A stretch of DNA of 64,000 nucleotides from an uncultured Eubacteriales bacterium (GCA_934401725.1 CAKRSS010000003.1:16122-80121), one strand, 5' to 3'. Shown: positions 1 through 8,609, counted from the stretch's first letter. The notes: generated from the sequence alone by a model not told the origin. Numbers and translations are program-made.

Positions 1-744
1 ACAATCCGCTACGCGCTCGACCGCACCCGCGAGGCCGACAGCACAATACCAATACACCTGCACCAGACGTGGGAGCTGGTCTATTATCTGTCCGGCTCCG
101 GTCAGAGCCGCATCGGGGACACGGTGTACAGCTACTCCGCGGGCAACGTCTGTCTGGTGCCGCCCGAGGTGGGGCACAGCGAGGTAATCGGTGAGCAGAC
201 GCACGTGGTCTTCTGCACGTTCGAATGCCCCGAGGACGGCATAGACTGCCGCGGCGGCATGTACAGCGGCGACGAGGAGTCGGCGGCGCTGATACAGCAC
301 ATCTCAAAAATCAAATATCTGCGTGACGACGTCGAGGCGACCGTTGCCTCGCTCTACCTTTCGATAATACTGACGCGGCTTGCGGCTCAGTCGGGACTTG
401 AGGGTGCGGCGGCGCCGTCCGACGGCCGCTCGCTCGAGAGTGCCTGCCAGTACATACACGAATACTACAACACCAACATCGACCTGCCGGAACTCGCCGC
501 GACGGTCGGCTACAGCTACGACCGCTTCCGCCACATTTTTCGAGAGCGCTACGGCATTCCTCCAAAGCAGATGATACTTTACAAGCGACTCAGCGCCGCA
601 AAAAATCTGCTGCGCGGCGACGGCAAAATCACCAACATCGCGCGCCAGTGCGGCTTTTCCTCGGCATCGCAGTTCAACGCCACCTTCCGCCGCACGCAGG
701 GCATGACGCCGAGCGAATACCGCCGCCGCGACAGGGCGACGTAA
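1..744 (+). CDS. AraC family transcriptional regulator (5' end outside window)
   Basis: The reading frame is open from base 1. The N-terminal part is cupin-like (IHLHQTWELVYYLSGSG). The C-terminal part is an AraC HTH (ELAATVGYSYDRFRHIF ... IARQCGFSSASQFNATFRRTQGMTPSEYRR). Confidence 0.85.
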   Translation, partial: TIRYALDRTREADSTIPIHLHQTWELVYYLSGSGQSRIGDTVYSYSAGNVCLVPPEVGHSEVIGEQTHVVFCTFECPEDGIDCRGGMYSGDEESAALIQHISKIKYLRDDVEATVASLYLSIILTRLAAQSGLEGAAAPSDGRSLESACQYIHEYYNTNIDLPELAATVGYSYDRFRHIFRERYGIPPKQMILYKRLSAAKNLLRGDGKITNIARQCGFSSASQFNATFRRTQGMTPSEYRRRDRAT

Positions 745-934
745 GCATTACGGGACAGTACGCCAACGGCGCACTCGTCATCGCAGCATTGCACAGTGAG
801 ACCCGCAGCGTCCAAATGCTCGCATAAAATATCCCTCTATGCCCCATACTAAGCAGTATGGGGCATATTTTATAGTTCAAGCGCGCAATGCGCGGTGGAG
901 CCCTATTTCAACGTGGGGGATTATTCACGTGAAC

Positions 935-1810
935 ATGCAGGATATAAAGTCCGTCGGTGCCGCTTATCGCGGCGTGCCGAAGCGGCTGTTGGATATAATA
1001 ATTTCACTTTTTGCCATAGCTCTGACCGCGCTGCCCATGCTCGTCTGCGCGCTGGCGGTCTATGCCGAGAGCGGCGGGCCCGTGATATTCCGCCAGTGGC
1101 GCATGGGAACGGACAGGCGGCCGTTTATCTGCTTCAAATTCCGCACCATGACAAACGACGCGCCGCACAGCTGCGCGACAGCCGAGCTGCACTCGCCCGA
1201 GCGCTACATCACGCGGGTCGGTGCCGTCCTCCGCGCGACGAGCCTCGACGAGCTGCCGCAGCTGTTCAACGTGCTGCGCGGGGACATGAGTCTGATCGGG
1301 CCGCGCCCCGTCATATGTGAGGAAAGCGAGCTTATCGGACTGCGCGCCAGTCTCGGCGTCTACAACATACGCCCCGGCATGACGGGACTCGCGCAGGTGC
1401 GCGGCCGCGACTCGGTCTCGATACGGCGCAAGGCGGCGTATGACGCGCAGTATATGGAGCACATGTCGCTCTCGCTCGACGCGCGGCTGCTCTGGCGGAC
1501 GCTGATAAATGTTGTAAACCGAAGCGACATCCGCGATGGGGCAGTCGACGCGGGCAGCGTAGGAGACACAGAGCGCGCCGAAAGCGCCGGGGGTTCCGGA
1601 AATATCGGAAATGCGGAGGATGCCGGGGATTCCGGAAGCATCGGAAACGCGGAGAATGCCGGAGAGGCCGGAAGCATCGGAAACGCGGAGAATGCCGGGG
1701 AGGCCGGAAGCATCGGAAACGCGGAGAATGCCGGGGAGGCCGGAAGCGCAGGCAGCACCGAAAACGCAAACGGCACCGGGAACACAGACGGCGGGACGGT
1801 TCATGGATAA
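935..1810 (+). CDS. Bacterial sugar transferase (priming undecaprenyl-phosphate hexose-1-phosphate transferase, WbaP/EpsL-like) with a repetitive C-terminal tail
   Basis: Family motifs are present: [15 protein letters not shown] (TM helix), [45 protein letters not shown]. The ATG at 935 is chosen over the ORF-track start at 839, which would add a non-homologous leader. Confidence 0.85.
   Translation: MQDIKSVGAAYRGVPKRLLDIIISLFAIALTALPMLVCALAVYAESGGPVIFRQWRMGTDRRPFICFKFRTMTNDAPHSCATAELHSPERYITRVGAVLRATSLDELPQLFNVLRGDMSLIGPRPVICEESELIGLRASLGVYNIRPGMTGLAQVRGRDSVSIRRKAAYDAQYMEHMSLSLDARLLWRTLINVVNRSDIRDGAVDAGSVGDTERAESAGGSGNIGNAEDAGDSGSIGNAENAGEAGSIGNAENAGEAGSIGNAENAGEAGSAGSTENANGTGNTDGGTVHG
1598..1750 (+). 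repeat. 36-bp in-frame tandem repeat (about 4.3 units) encoding [12 protein letters not shown] units
   Basis: Units lie at 1598-1633 (degenerate), 1634-1669, 1670-1705 and 1706-1741, followed by a partial unit. Units 2 to 4 differ by a single base. Confidence 0.95.
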
Positions 1811-3179
1811 GCGGGCGGTGGCACGTTCGGCGGCTGTCGCCGTCGTCTCACAGGGCGTAACGACTGCCGTCAGCGCGCTGACGGTTCTGCTGCTCGCCGG
1901 ACGGCTTGACGAGGTACAATACGGGCTGTGGCAATTCTTTTTGCTGATTGGCGGCTATTCGGGGCTGTTCCATCTCGGGCTGTGCGACGGCGTCTACCTA
2001 GCCTGCGGCGGCAGCGACTACACGTCGCTCGATCTGCCGCGTCTCGGCACGCTGCTGCGCGGCATGACGGCCATACAGCTCGCCGCTGCGGCAGCTCTCT
2101 CCGCCCTCTCGGCGCTGACGCTTGACGGCGGGCGCATGTGGGCGGTCATTCTGGCGCTCATTTACATGCCGCTGTTCAACGCGGGCGCTTATCTCGGCAA
2201 TCTCGCGCAGGCAACGGGGCACTGCACTCGCTATTCCGTCTCGGTCATGCTCGACCGGGTCTGCTTTGCCGCGGGGACGGCGACGGCGGCGCTCGGCGGC
2301 GTCACCGACTTTCGGGTGTACGCCGGAATATGCATTTTCTCGCGGCTTGTCTCGGCGGCGTTTCTTGCGTTCACCGAGCGGCGCGTCGTGACGGCACCGT
2401 ACTGCCGCGTAGACGGGCTCGGACGTGAGCTGCGTCCGGGCGCGCGGCTGCTTGTAGCCAACCTTGCCGGACAGCTCTGGGCGTCGGCTCCGCGATGGAC
2501 GATACTCTGGCGCATGGGCGATGCGGAGCTGGGGCGCGTGTCGCTGCTTATCACGCTTTCCGGAATGCTGACGCAGGTGGCGTCACAGCTGGCGATGGTG
2601 CTGTTCCCTGCCCTTCGGCGCGAGGACGGCGCTGCCCGCGCGCGACTGATCGGCAGGCTCGGCGGCACGATACGGCTCGCGCTGCCGGCGGTGCTGTTGT
2701 TTCTGCGGCCGCTCGGCTGGCTTATCGGGCTGATTCTGCCGCGATACGCACCCGACTCCTACCTTCTCGCCGCACTGCTTCCCGCCGGAATTCTCGACGC
2801 GCACACGCAGCTGGTCAGTCTGACCGAGATGAAGGTGGCGCGCCGCGAGGGGCGCATGATGGTGCTCGAGCTCGCATGCGGCGGACTCGGACTTGCGCTC
2901 TGTCTCGGCGCGGCGGCGCTCGGAGGGGATCGCCTTACGGTGCTGCTTTTTGCCGCGCTCTGCGCGGCGGTGCGCTGCGTCGCGGCGACGGCCTGCACCG
3001 AGTCCGCCGGGCGCACAGCCGAAACCGTGCGCGCGGCGGCGTTCGCGCTCGTCTGCATCGTCTCAATCCCACTGAATCTTTACGTCGGAACGTGGTGCTT
3101 CGCCGCGCTATACGCGCTCTACCTGTCGCTCACGCTCATCCTGCGCCGCGCGCGGCGCGCGCTGGGAGCGGAGGTGTAG
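1803..3179 (+). CDS. Polysaccharide/oligosaccharide flippase family membrane protein (Wzx-like, MOP superfamily)
   Basis: The protein is hydrophobic throughout, with many predicted TM helices. The N-terminus is Wzx-like (VVSQGVTTAVSALTVLLLAGRLDEVQYGLWQFFLLIGGYSGLF). The ATG at 1803 overlaps the sugar transferase stop by 8 nt. The ORF-track start at 1611 reads through the tandem repeat in another frame. Confidence 0.6.
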   Translation: MDKRAVARSAAVAVVSQGVTTAVSALTVLLLAGRLDEVQYGLWQFFLLIGGYSGLFHLGLCDGVYLACGGSDYTSLDLPRLGTLLRGMTAIQLAAAAALSALSALTLDGGRMWAVILALIYMPLFNAGAYLGNLAQATGHCTRYSVSVMLDRVCFAAGTATAALGGVTDFRVYAGICIFSRLVSAAFLAFTERRVVTAPYCRVDGLGRELRPGARLLVANLAGQLWASAPRWTILWRMGDAELGRVSLLITLSGMLTQVASQLAMVLFPALRREDGAARARLIGRLGGTIRLALPAVLLFLRPLGWLIGLILPRYAPDSYLLAALLPAGILDAHTQLVSLTEMKVARREGRMMVLELACGGLGLALCLGAAALGGDRLTVLLFAALCAAVRCVAATACTESAGRTAETVRAAAFALVCIVSIPLNLYVGTWCFAALYALYLSLTLILRRARRALGAEV

Positions 3180-3380
3180 CGGACGGGAACACGCGCGCCC
3201 ACCACCGCAGCGTGCATAAAACCCACATGGCAAAACCACCGCCGGAATCATGGGTGCACACAGCAAAGCAGAAACCGCCGCAGAAATCATGGACGCCCGC
3301 GCGGCAAAGCCACCGCTGGAATCACATACGCCCGCGCGGCAAAAGCCGCCGACGGAACCGGCGTCTCCACAAAAAACTCA

Positions 3381-3416
3381 CCGCCGGGAGCACAGATCTG
3401 TGCTCCCGGCGGTTTT
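3381..3416. terminator. Bidirectional rho-independent terminator between the flippase (+) and sigma factor (-) genes
   Basis: The sequence ccgccgggagcacagatctgtgctcccggcgg is a perfect palindrome forming a stem of about 13 bp. It is flanked by an A-run on the left and TTTT on the right. Confidence 0.85.
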
Positions 3417-3453
3417 GCCTGAACTTTACGCTATCGTGACCGCTCTCGTAAAA

Positions 3454-5097
3454 TCACGTTTTTTTCGGCCAGTATACCATGACGACGGGCGGGCAGCAGT
3501 AATCTACGCCCTTCATGTGAAGCCCCTTTTCGTACGCCTCGCGGACGACGGCCATTACAAAATACATTGTCGCGTCTGTGTACCTGAACAGCTCTGGGAC
3601 GGAGGTAAGATGCTTCGGAAGCGGCGTTTTCATAGCGCTGATAAAGGCCGAAAACTCGTTGCCGACGGCTGCCTGCAACTCCGCGACTGCCTCCCACACG
3701 GCCGTGCAGACCTCGTCGTAATCCGCTTTTTTCAGAACCGGAATGGCCACGCCGAGTCCGCTCGGCGTGCTCCGCAGCATTCCGAACCTCTCGAGCTTCG
3801 GGATGTAGGCGGTGAATTCGTTCGGAATCTCCGAGCTTTCCGGCGCCACGCCGGTGTAAACACCCCAGAGCAGTGCGATAATGTGCTTAAAATACAGCTT
3901 GTACGCGCCGCCGTAGCGGCAGGGACAGTCCCAGAGCGTGGTGTCGAACTCACAAAGCCGCACGCGCCGCTTGCCTCCGTCGACAAACGCCTCGGACGTG
4001 CGGCAGCCGCCCCACACGGCGTACTCCGCCGCCTCATCATATCCGCGCGAATCGTAACCGGCGTCAAACGCGGTCGCCTGCGCAATCCAGCTCCCGCCGT
4101 CCCTGCGCGCCGGGAACTTCGGCGAGCCTCCTCTGCCGGTCACGGAATGCTTGAAGTCCTGAAGCGCCATCATAACGGCGAATCTGTCAAGCTCTGTCCG
4201 CTCGCGCTCGCCGAGCTCCGTCACGAAGGGCATTTTTGCTATGCGCTCTGACATTCCCCCGACAATGCCCCATATGACCTCAAAATGCCGGTGCACGAAG
4301 TCGAGCTGCGGGCGGAAGCGCTCGAGCGCCGTCTGCGGTTTTGTGATAATGAAGTCGGTGTACACCCGCCCGCTGTCCGTCCGCACCATAAGCTCGCCGT
4401 CGACCAGCTTTTCTATTATCGGCTCGATGTAGGCTGCCGGGATGCCTATCGCCCGCGAAAGCTCGCTGACGCTCACCGGCTTATCGTAAGCAAGTATCAA
4501 AAGATTCTGCGCGATCAGATCATCCTCGACAAGCGAGGTCGGCTCGTAATTTCTGCCGTCCCTGCCGCCCCAGGCCAGATTCAGCCTTCCCGGAATATAA
4601 TTTTCTCTCGGTTCCATAGTTTCAAGTCCTTTCTTCACCTGATCCCGGCCTGCGTACAGCCTGCTCTTGACAGTGCCCTCGGGTATGCCGAGCCCCTCCG
4701 ATATTTCGGCAACACTCTGCGCGCCGAAGTAATACCGCACCATGACCTCCCGCGTGATGTACGCCAGATGGTTCAGCTCCCTGCGCACCCTCGCCGCCTC
4801 CTCGGACGCGGCGTACTCCTCCTCGTCCGAGGCCGACGAAAGCAAATCCGACACGTCGTCGAGGTTCACCGTGACAGGCGCGCGGTATTTGCGCCGCAGG
4901 CTGTCGTTGTACTTGTGGAGGAGCGTGTTCGAGAGCCACGTTTTCGGATGTGCGATGACGCCGCCCTTATGCAGGCAGGCAAAGGCCGCGAGCATGGTTT
5001 CGCCGACAAGATCCTCTGCGTCCGTCTGCGAGCCGCATTTCGACACCGCAAGCCGCATCAGGTAATCGTAATATTGAATTATTTCGTCTTTGTTCAT
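3454..5097 (-). CDS. Sigma-70 family (ECF-type) RNA polymerase sigma factor fused to a ~350-aa C-terminal domain of unknown function
   Basis: Region 2 is present (DAEDLVGETMLAAFACLHKG ... WLSNTLLHKYNDSLRRK). Region 4 is present (VMVRYYFGAQSVAEISEGLGIPEGTVKSRLYAGRDQVKKGL). A long soluble extension follows, including a winged-helix-like stretch (VSVSELSRAIGIPAAYIEPIIEKLVDGELM). Confidence 0.75.
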   Translation of the reverse strand: MNKDEIIQYYDYLMRLAVSKCGSQTDAEDLVGETMLAAFACLHKGGVIAHPKTWLSNTLLHKYNDSLRRKYRAPVTVNLDDVSDLLSSASDEEEYAASEEAARVRRELNHLAYITREVMVRYYFGAQSVAEISEGLGIPEGTVKSRLYAGRDQVKKGLETMEPRENYIPGRLNLAWGGRDGRNYEPTSLVEDDLIAQNLLILAYDKPVSVSELSRAIGIPAAYIEPIIEKLVDGELMVRTDSGRVYTDFIITKPQTALERFRPQLDFVHRHFEVIWGIVGGMSERIAKMPFVTELGERERTELDRFAVMMALQDFKHSVTGRGGSPKFPARRDGGSWIAQATAFDAGYDSRGYDEAAEYAVWGGCRTSEAFVDGGKRRVRLCEFDTTLWDCPCRYGGAYKLYFKHIIALLWGVYTGVAPESSEIPNEFTAYIPKLERFGMLRSTPSGLGVAIPVLKKADYDEVCTAVWEAVAELQAAVGNEFSAFISAMKTPLPKHLTSVPELFRYTDATMYFVMAVVREAYEKGLHMKGVDYCCPPVVMVYWPKKT

Positions 5098-5185
5098 GTT
5101 TGCCTGCTTTCCGGAATGCTTTTAAACGTTCACATGTATAGTCGCCGTAATCTGACTTCGGTTCGGACTCTGGTCTGCTTTTTTT

Positions 5186-5217
5186 AAAAAAACGCCGCGG
5201 AGATAATCTCCGCGGCG
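5186..5217 (-). terminator. Rho-independent terminator downstream of the acyltransferase gene
   Basis: The hairpin is cgccgcggagataatctccgcggcg. It is followed on the minus strand by a 7-nt T-run (the A-run at 5186-5192 on the plus strand). Confidence 0.8.
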
Positions 5218-5244
5218 CATGGCAGCTATGCGGCGCTGCCGAAT

Positions 5245-6372
5245 TCAGTCTATATCCTCGAACACCTGCTCGGGCGGCGTTTCGAGAAGATTGGGGTTCT
5301 CGACGAACCGCTTGAACATCTTGAAGGCGGAGGCGTAGTAATAGCCGTCGCAGATGCGCTCGTCGGTCACGGCCTTGAGGTCGATATACTTGCGCTTGAA
5401 GACGTTGCCTTCAGAGTCCAGTTCGTTGACGGTGCGCTTTGCGCCGTACGCGAGAAAGACGGGAAGGTTGCCGAAGTCGTAGATGTGGTGGTAGATCGGC
5501 TTGATGCCGAGCGAGCCCATGCTCGTGATTATCATCGATCCGTGGAAGGGGCTGAGCTTGAGGAATGTGCGCGGCAGCAGGTCAAAATAATCGAGGAAGA
5601 ACAGCAGCTTGACCGTCCAGCGCAAAAACAGGCCGGGGATGTAGAGCAGCGCGCGGTTGAGCTTGTCGAAGGAGTTGGTCTCGCCGGCGTGGTTGTTCGC
5701 CTGAACCGCCGAGTTGAACTTTTCGTAGACCTCGTCGATGGTGTCGGTCGGCTCGAACACCACCTTTATGCAGGTGTCGGGCGAGTCGACGGACATGGTG
5801 CGCTTGACGACCATAACCACGGATATTTCGTTTCTGGCGTAAATTTTCTGCCCGCTGACAAAGCGGTTTATCGCTGGGCGCTGTGAGATGGTGCGCACGT
5901 AGGCCGCAAGTATGACGTGCAGCATACCAAAGTGCATCTTGCCCTCCTTGACCTTGCGGCGGCAGAAGGCGTCCGCCTTGCCGATACTGAAGCTGTCGGC
6001 GAAGGTGTTGCAGGCGTCCGAGCGGCGGGCCATGATGTAGGGCATGATCTTGGTCATCGCCTGAACGGTGCGGACCTTGTGCCCCTCGCGGCGGTCGCCG
6101 AAGCGGCGCTTTTTCTTTTTGGACTTTTCGGCAGTCCCGGCCGTCCCGGTGTTTTCGGACGTTGCGGTGTCTCCGGCCGCCTCTGACGTTCCGGGTGCTG
6201 CGGCTTTTTCCGACGTTTCGGATGTCGCGGCGTTCTCGGGCTTCCCGGTCTCGGGCGCAGCTACGGCAGTGTCTGCTGTGGCGGTGCCCGCAGCCGCGTT
6301 CACGGATTCCTCCACGACCGTAACGCCTGCGGCTTCGTTGAGAGCCACCGACTCTCGAGTGTTCTCTTTCAT
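5245..6372 (-). CDS. 2-oxoacid dehydrogenase acyltransferase catalytic-domain (CAT-fold) family protein with a low-complexity N-terminus
   Basis: The C-terminal ~270 aa resemble the E2/chloramphenicol-acetyltransferase-like fold (FGMLHVILAAYVRTISQRPAINRF, ITSMGSLG, DERICDGYYYASAF). No lipoyl domain is present. The N-terminal ~90 aa are rich in A/T/E/G and are followed by KKKKRRF. Confidence 0.5.
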   Translation of the reverse strand: MKENTRESVALNEAAGVTVVEESVNAAAGTATADTAVAAPETGKPENAATSETSEKAAAPGTSEAAGDTATSENTGTAGTAEKSKKKKRRFGDRREGHKVRTVQAMTKIMPYIMARRSDACNTFADSFSIGKADAFCRRKVKEGKMHFGMLHVILAAYVRTISQRPAINRFVSGQKIYARNEISVVMVVKRTMSVDSPDTCIKVVFEPTDTIDEVYEKFNSAVQANNHAGETNSFDKLNRALLYIPGLFLRWTVKLLFFLDYFDLLPRTFLKLSPFHGSMIITSMGSLGIKPIYHHIYDFGNLPVFLAYGAKRTVNELDSEGNVFKRKYIDLKAVTDERICDGYYYASAFKMFKRFVENPNLLETPPEQVFEDID

Positions 6373-6697
6373 GTGAGTGTACTCCTGATATATATTTTAT
6401 CACGTGCACGTGTGCCGGGGTCGTCGGGTCTGCGGGCTTGCGCAAAAGTGAGCTTTGTGCTCCACAACCGCCGGGGGCGGCATGTCGGAGGGGGGCCATA
6501 GGCCGCGTCCGTAATAGTGCGCAGTCGTGCGGGGGCACGCGTGTCGTCGATATTCTGACTTATCATGATACATTTTTAGGTTGTCCGTTAATTTTAACAC
6601 AAATTCTGCGAAAATGCAATACAAAAGTATCCGATATATTTAATATTAATGAATAATTACGCCCGCGGGACGCCATAATTCTCACGGAGGTGAGCAG

Positions 6698-7252
6698 GTG
6701 ACGCATTTTGATTCAAAACAGATATTTGCAATTCCGAACATTCTGGGCTACTACCGCATATTGCTGATTCCCGAGTTTGTTTGGCTTTATATCGGCGGGC
6801 AGTACGGCTTTGCGCTGGCCGTGCTTTGTCTTTCCGCCGTCTCGGACTTTCTGGACGGACGCGCGGCGCGCGCGCTCGGTCAGATAACGCCGCTCGGGCG
6901 CGTCGTCGACCCGCTGGCGGACAAGCTGACGCAGCTGGCCGTCATCGGCTGTCTGACGTGGCATCGCGGCGATATGATATTCATATTCATTCTGCTCATC
7001 ATCAAGGAGGCGGGCGCGGGACTCGCCGGGCTGATTCTGCTCGGACACGGCGGCATGCCCTTCGACTCGCGCTGGTACGGCAAGGTCTCGACCGCCGGGC
7101 TGTATCTTCTCTGCACGCTGCTTCTCTGGAACGTCCTCCCCGCCGCCGTCGAGACGGTGCTCATCTGGCTGCAGTTCGGCATCACCGCCGCCGCGCTCGT
7201 TCTCTACTCGGGCGAGTTCGCGCGCAGGCTGTCCGCCGTGCGCGAGCGGTGA
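6698..7252 (+). CDS. CDP-alcohol phosphatidyltransferase family protein (PgsA-like)
   Basis: The signature D-x2-DG-x2-AR ... G-x3-D-x3-D is present (SDFLDGRAARALGQITPLGRVVDPLADKL). The protein is a multi-TM membrane protein. The start is GTG, with a GGAGG RBS 7 nt upstream. Confidence 0.8.
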   Translation: MTHFDSKQIFAIPNILGYYRILLIPEFVWLYIGGQYGFALAVLCLSAVSDFLDGRAARALGQITPLGRVVDPLADKLTQLAVIGCLTWHRGDMIFIFILLIIKEAGAGLAGLILLGHGGMPFDSRWYGKVSTAGLYLLCTLLLWNVLPAAVETVLIWLQFGITAAALVLYSGEFARRLSAVRER

Positions 7253-7263
7253 CAAAACGGTGG

Positions 7264-7372
7264 CTCTTGGGGCGCTGCCCCAAACCCTGCACGGAGCTCT
7301 TGGGGCGCTGCCCCAAACCCCGCTTAGGGGGCTTTTTGAAAAAAGCCCCCTAAGAACCCGCAAAAACTTTCG
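7264..7372 (-). repeat. Family-1 double-hairpin intergenic repeat, copy A (reverse orientation, with an extra partial duplication of the GGGGC-GCCCC hairpin)
   Basis: The sequence is ttggggcgctgccccaaaccccgcttagggggctttttgaaaaaagccccctaagaacccgcaaaaactttc. It is the reverse complement of the unit seen at 7602, 7691, 14447 and 14675. Confidence 0.9.
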
Positions 7373-7451
7373 GGAATGGGGGTATTGCGGGAGTGAGGTT
7401 CGGCAAACAACAGTGAGGGCGGCAAAAAATAAAAAACAGTAAACATAAACT

Positions 7452-7493
7452 GAGGCTTCACCGCACCATTCCGGCGTTGCGCGTGCGGCCTTG
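7452..7493. repeat. Degenerate copy of the family-2 short hairpin element
   Basis: The sequence gaggcttcaccgcaccattccggcgttgcgcgtgcggccttg resembles aaggcttcaccgcgtaattccgatggtgcaattgcgcggtgatgcctt. Confidence 0.5.
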
Positions 7494-7516
7494 TCCCTCT
7501 CCTCGCCGCCAACATC

Positions 7517-7550
7517 AAAAAAGCAGCGCCTTTCAAGACGCTGCTTTTCT
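7517..7550. terminator. Hairpin with flanking A/T runs (candidate bidirectional terminator)
   Basis: The sequence is aaaaagcagcgcctttcaagacgctgcttttc. The stem is 7 bp (agcagcg/cgctgct). Confidence 0.5.
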
Positions 7551-7601
7551 CATATCTTCACGGCGACCGCCCTACTCCACCGCTCCGCCAAACCATTTTT
7601 T

Positions 7602-7680
7602 CAAAGTTTTTGCGGAGTTCTTAGAGGAGCTTTTTTCAAAAAGCTCCTCTAAGCGGGGGTTGGGGCAGCGCCCCAAGAAC
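7602..7680 (+). repeat. Family-1 double-hairpin intergenic repeat, copy B
   Basis: The sequence is caaagtttttgcggagttcttagaggagcttttttcaaaaagctcctctaagcgggggttggggcagcgccccaagaac. Confidence 0.9.
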
Positions 7681-7690
7681 TCTGGTTTTT

Positions 7691-7769
7691 CAAAGTTTTT
7701 GCGGGGTTCTCAGGGGAGCTTTTTTCAAAAAGCTCCTCTGAGCAGGGTTTGGGGCAGCGCCCCAAGAGC
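7691..7769 (+). repeat. Family-1 double-hairpin intergenic repeat, copy C (in tandem with copy B)
   Basis: The sequence is caaagtttttgcggggttctcaggggagcttttttcaaaaagctcctctgagcagggtttggggcagcgccccaagagc. Confidence 0.9.
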
Positions 7770-7799
7770 TTTCGTTCCCGAAATTCTGCGGTTATCCGA

Positions 7800-8609
7800 T
7801 TATTTGAAATTCTTAATCCATCTGACCGACAGCTCTGCCCACGGCCGGACGTGCTCGACGAGCAGGTCGGGGTTGCCGCTGTACGTCTCTTCGGTCGAAA
7901 GCGAGAGGCCGTGCTTGCCCTCGGGGAAAATGTGCAGCTCGAAGGGGATGCCGTTGTCCTTGAGCTTCTGGGAGAAGGTCAGCACGTTCTGAACGTCGAC
8001 GGTCGCGTCGCTGAAGGTGTGCCACATAAAGGCGGGCGGCGTCTGGGGCGTGACATGCTTCTCGAGACGGTAGCGGTCGAGCTGCTCCTCGGTCGGCGTT
8101 TTGGTGCCGCAAAGGTTGTAGAACGAGTTCTTGTGCGAGAATATCAGCACGGGATAGCACAGCACCATACCGGTCGGGCGGTTGATGTCCTCGGGGGCGT
8201 CGCCGAGCTCGGCGCGCACCTCGGGGATGTTCCAGAGCGTGCCGGTGGAGGCGGCAAGGTGTCCTCCGGCGGAGAATCCGCAGATGAAGACGTAGTTCGG
8301 GTCGATATTGTATTCCTCGGCGTGCTCGCGGATGTGCTTGATTGCAAGGCTGGCCTCGATGAGCGGCGCGTAGTTGGTTGCGCCCTCGCCGACGGTGTAG
8401 CGGAGCAAAAAGACGTTGAGTCCGGCGGCAAGATAAAATTTGACTATCGGCTCTGCTTCACGGTCGGAGAGAAAGTGGTAGCCGCCGCCGGGGCAGACTA
8501 CCATCGCACGTCGGCGCGGCATCTTAAGCTCGGGCGGATCGTAGGAAACGTAGGTCGTCAGCGTTGCGCCAGGGTATTTTTCGGAAAGTTCAATCGTTTT
8601 ATGAAGCAT
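7800..8609 (-). CDS. Alpha/beta hydrolase (esterase/lipase-type)
   Basis: The nucleophile elbow GFSAGGHLA is present, along with an oxyanion-type CPGGGY and a C-terminal EGKHG (catalytic His region). Confidence 0.75.
   Translation of the reverse strand: MLHKTIELSEKYPGATLTTYVSYDPPELKMPRRRAMVVCPGGGYHFLSDREAEPIVKFYLAAGLNVFLLRYTVGEGATNYAPLIEASLAIKHIREHAEEYNIDPNYVFICGFSAGGHLAASTGTLWNIPEVRAELGDAPEDINRPTGMVLCYPVLIFSHKNSFYNLCGTKTPTEEQLDRYRLEKHVTPQTPPAFMWHTFSDATVDVQNVLTFSQKLKDNGIPFELHIFPEGKHGLSLSTEETYSGNPDLLVEHVRPWAELSVRWIKNFK

Noticed and set aside
839-934. N-terminal extensions offered by the ORF track: 839, 1611, 8721, 17891, 25203, 25588, 31391, 32209, 35618, 45118, 46257, 50314, 57381, 59476 and 62965.
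   Set aside because: - Internal starts with an RBS at proper spacing place conserved N-terminal motifs or signal peptides at the expected position.
- The extensions overlap upstream genes, terminators or AT-rich promoter DNA.
7260-7992. ORFs running through the intergenic repeats: 7260-7442, 7324-7536, 7477-7992, 14337-14676 and 29063-29386. They give peptides such as FFQKAPLSRVWGSAPR.
   Set aside because: - They are translations of the family-1 and family-2 repeat hairpins in arbitrary frames.
- The same peptide fragments recur because the DNA repeats recur.
- There is no RBS and no coding-like composition.
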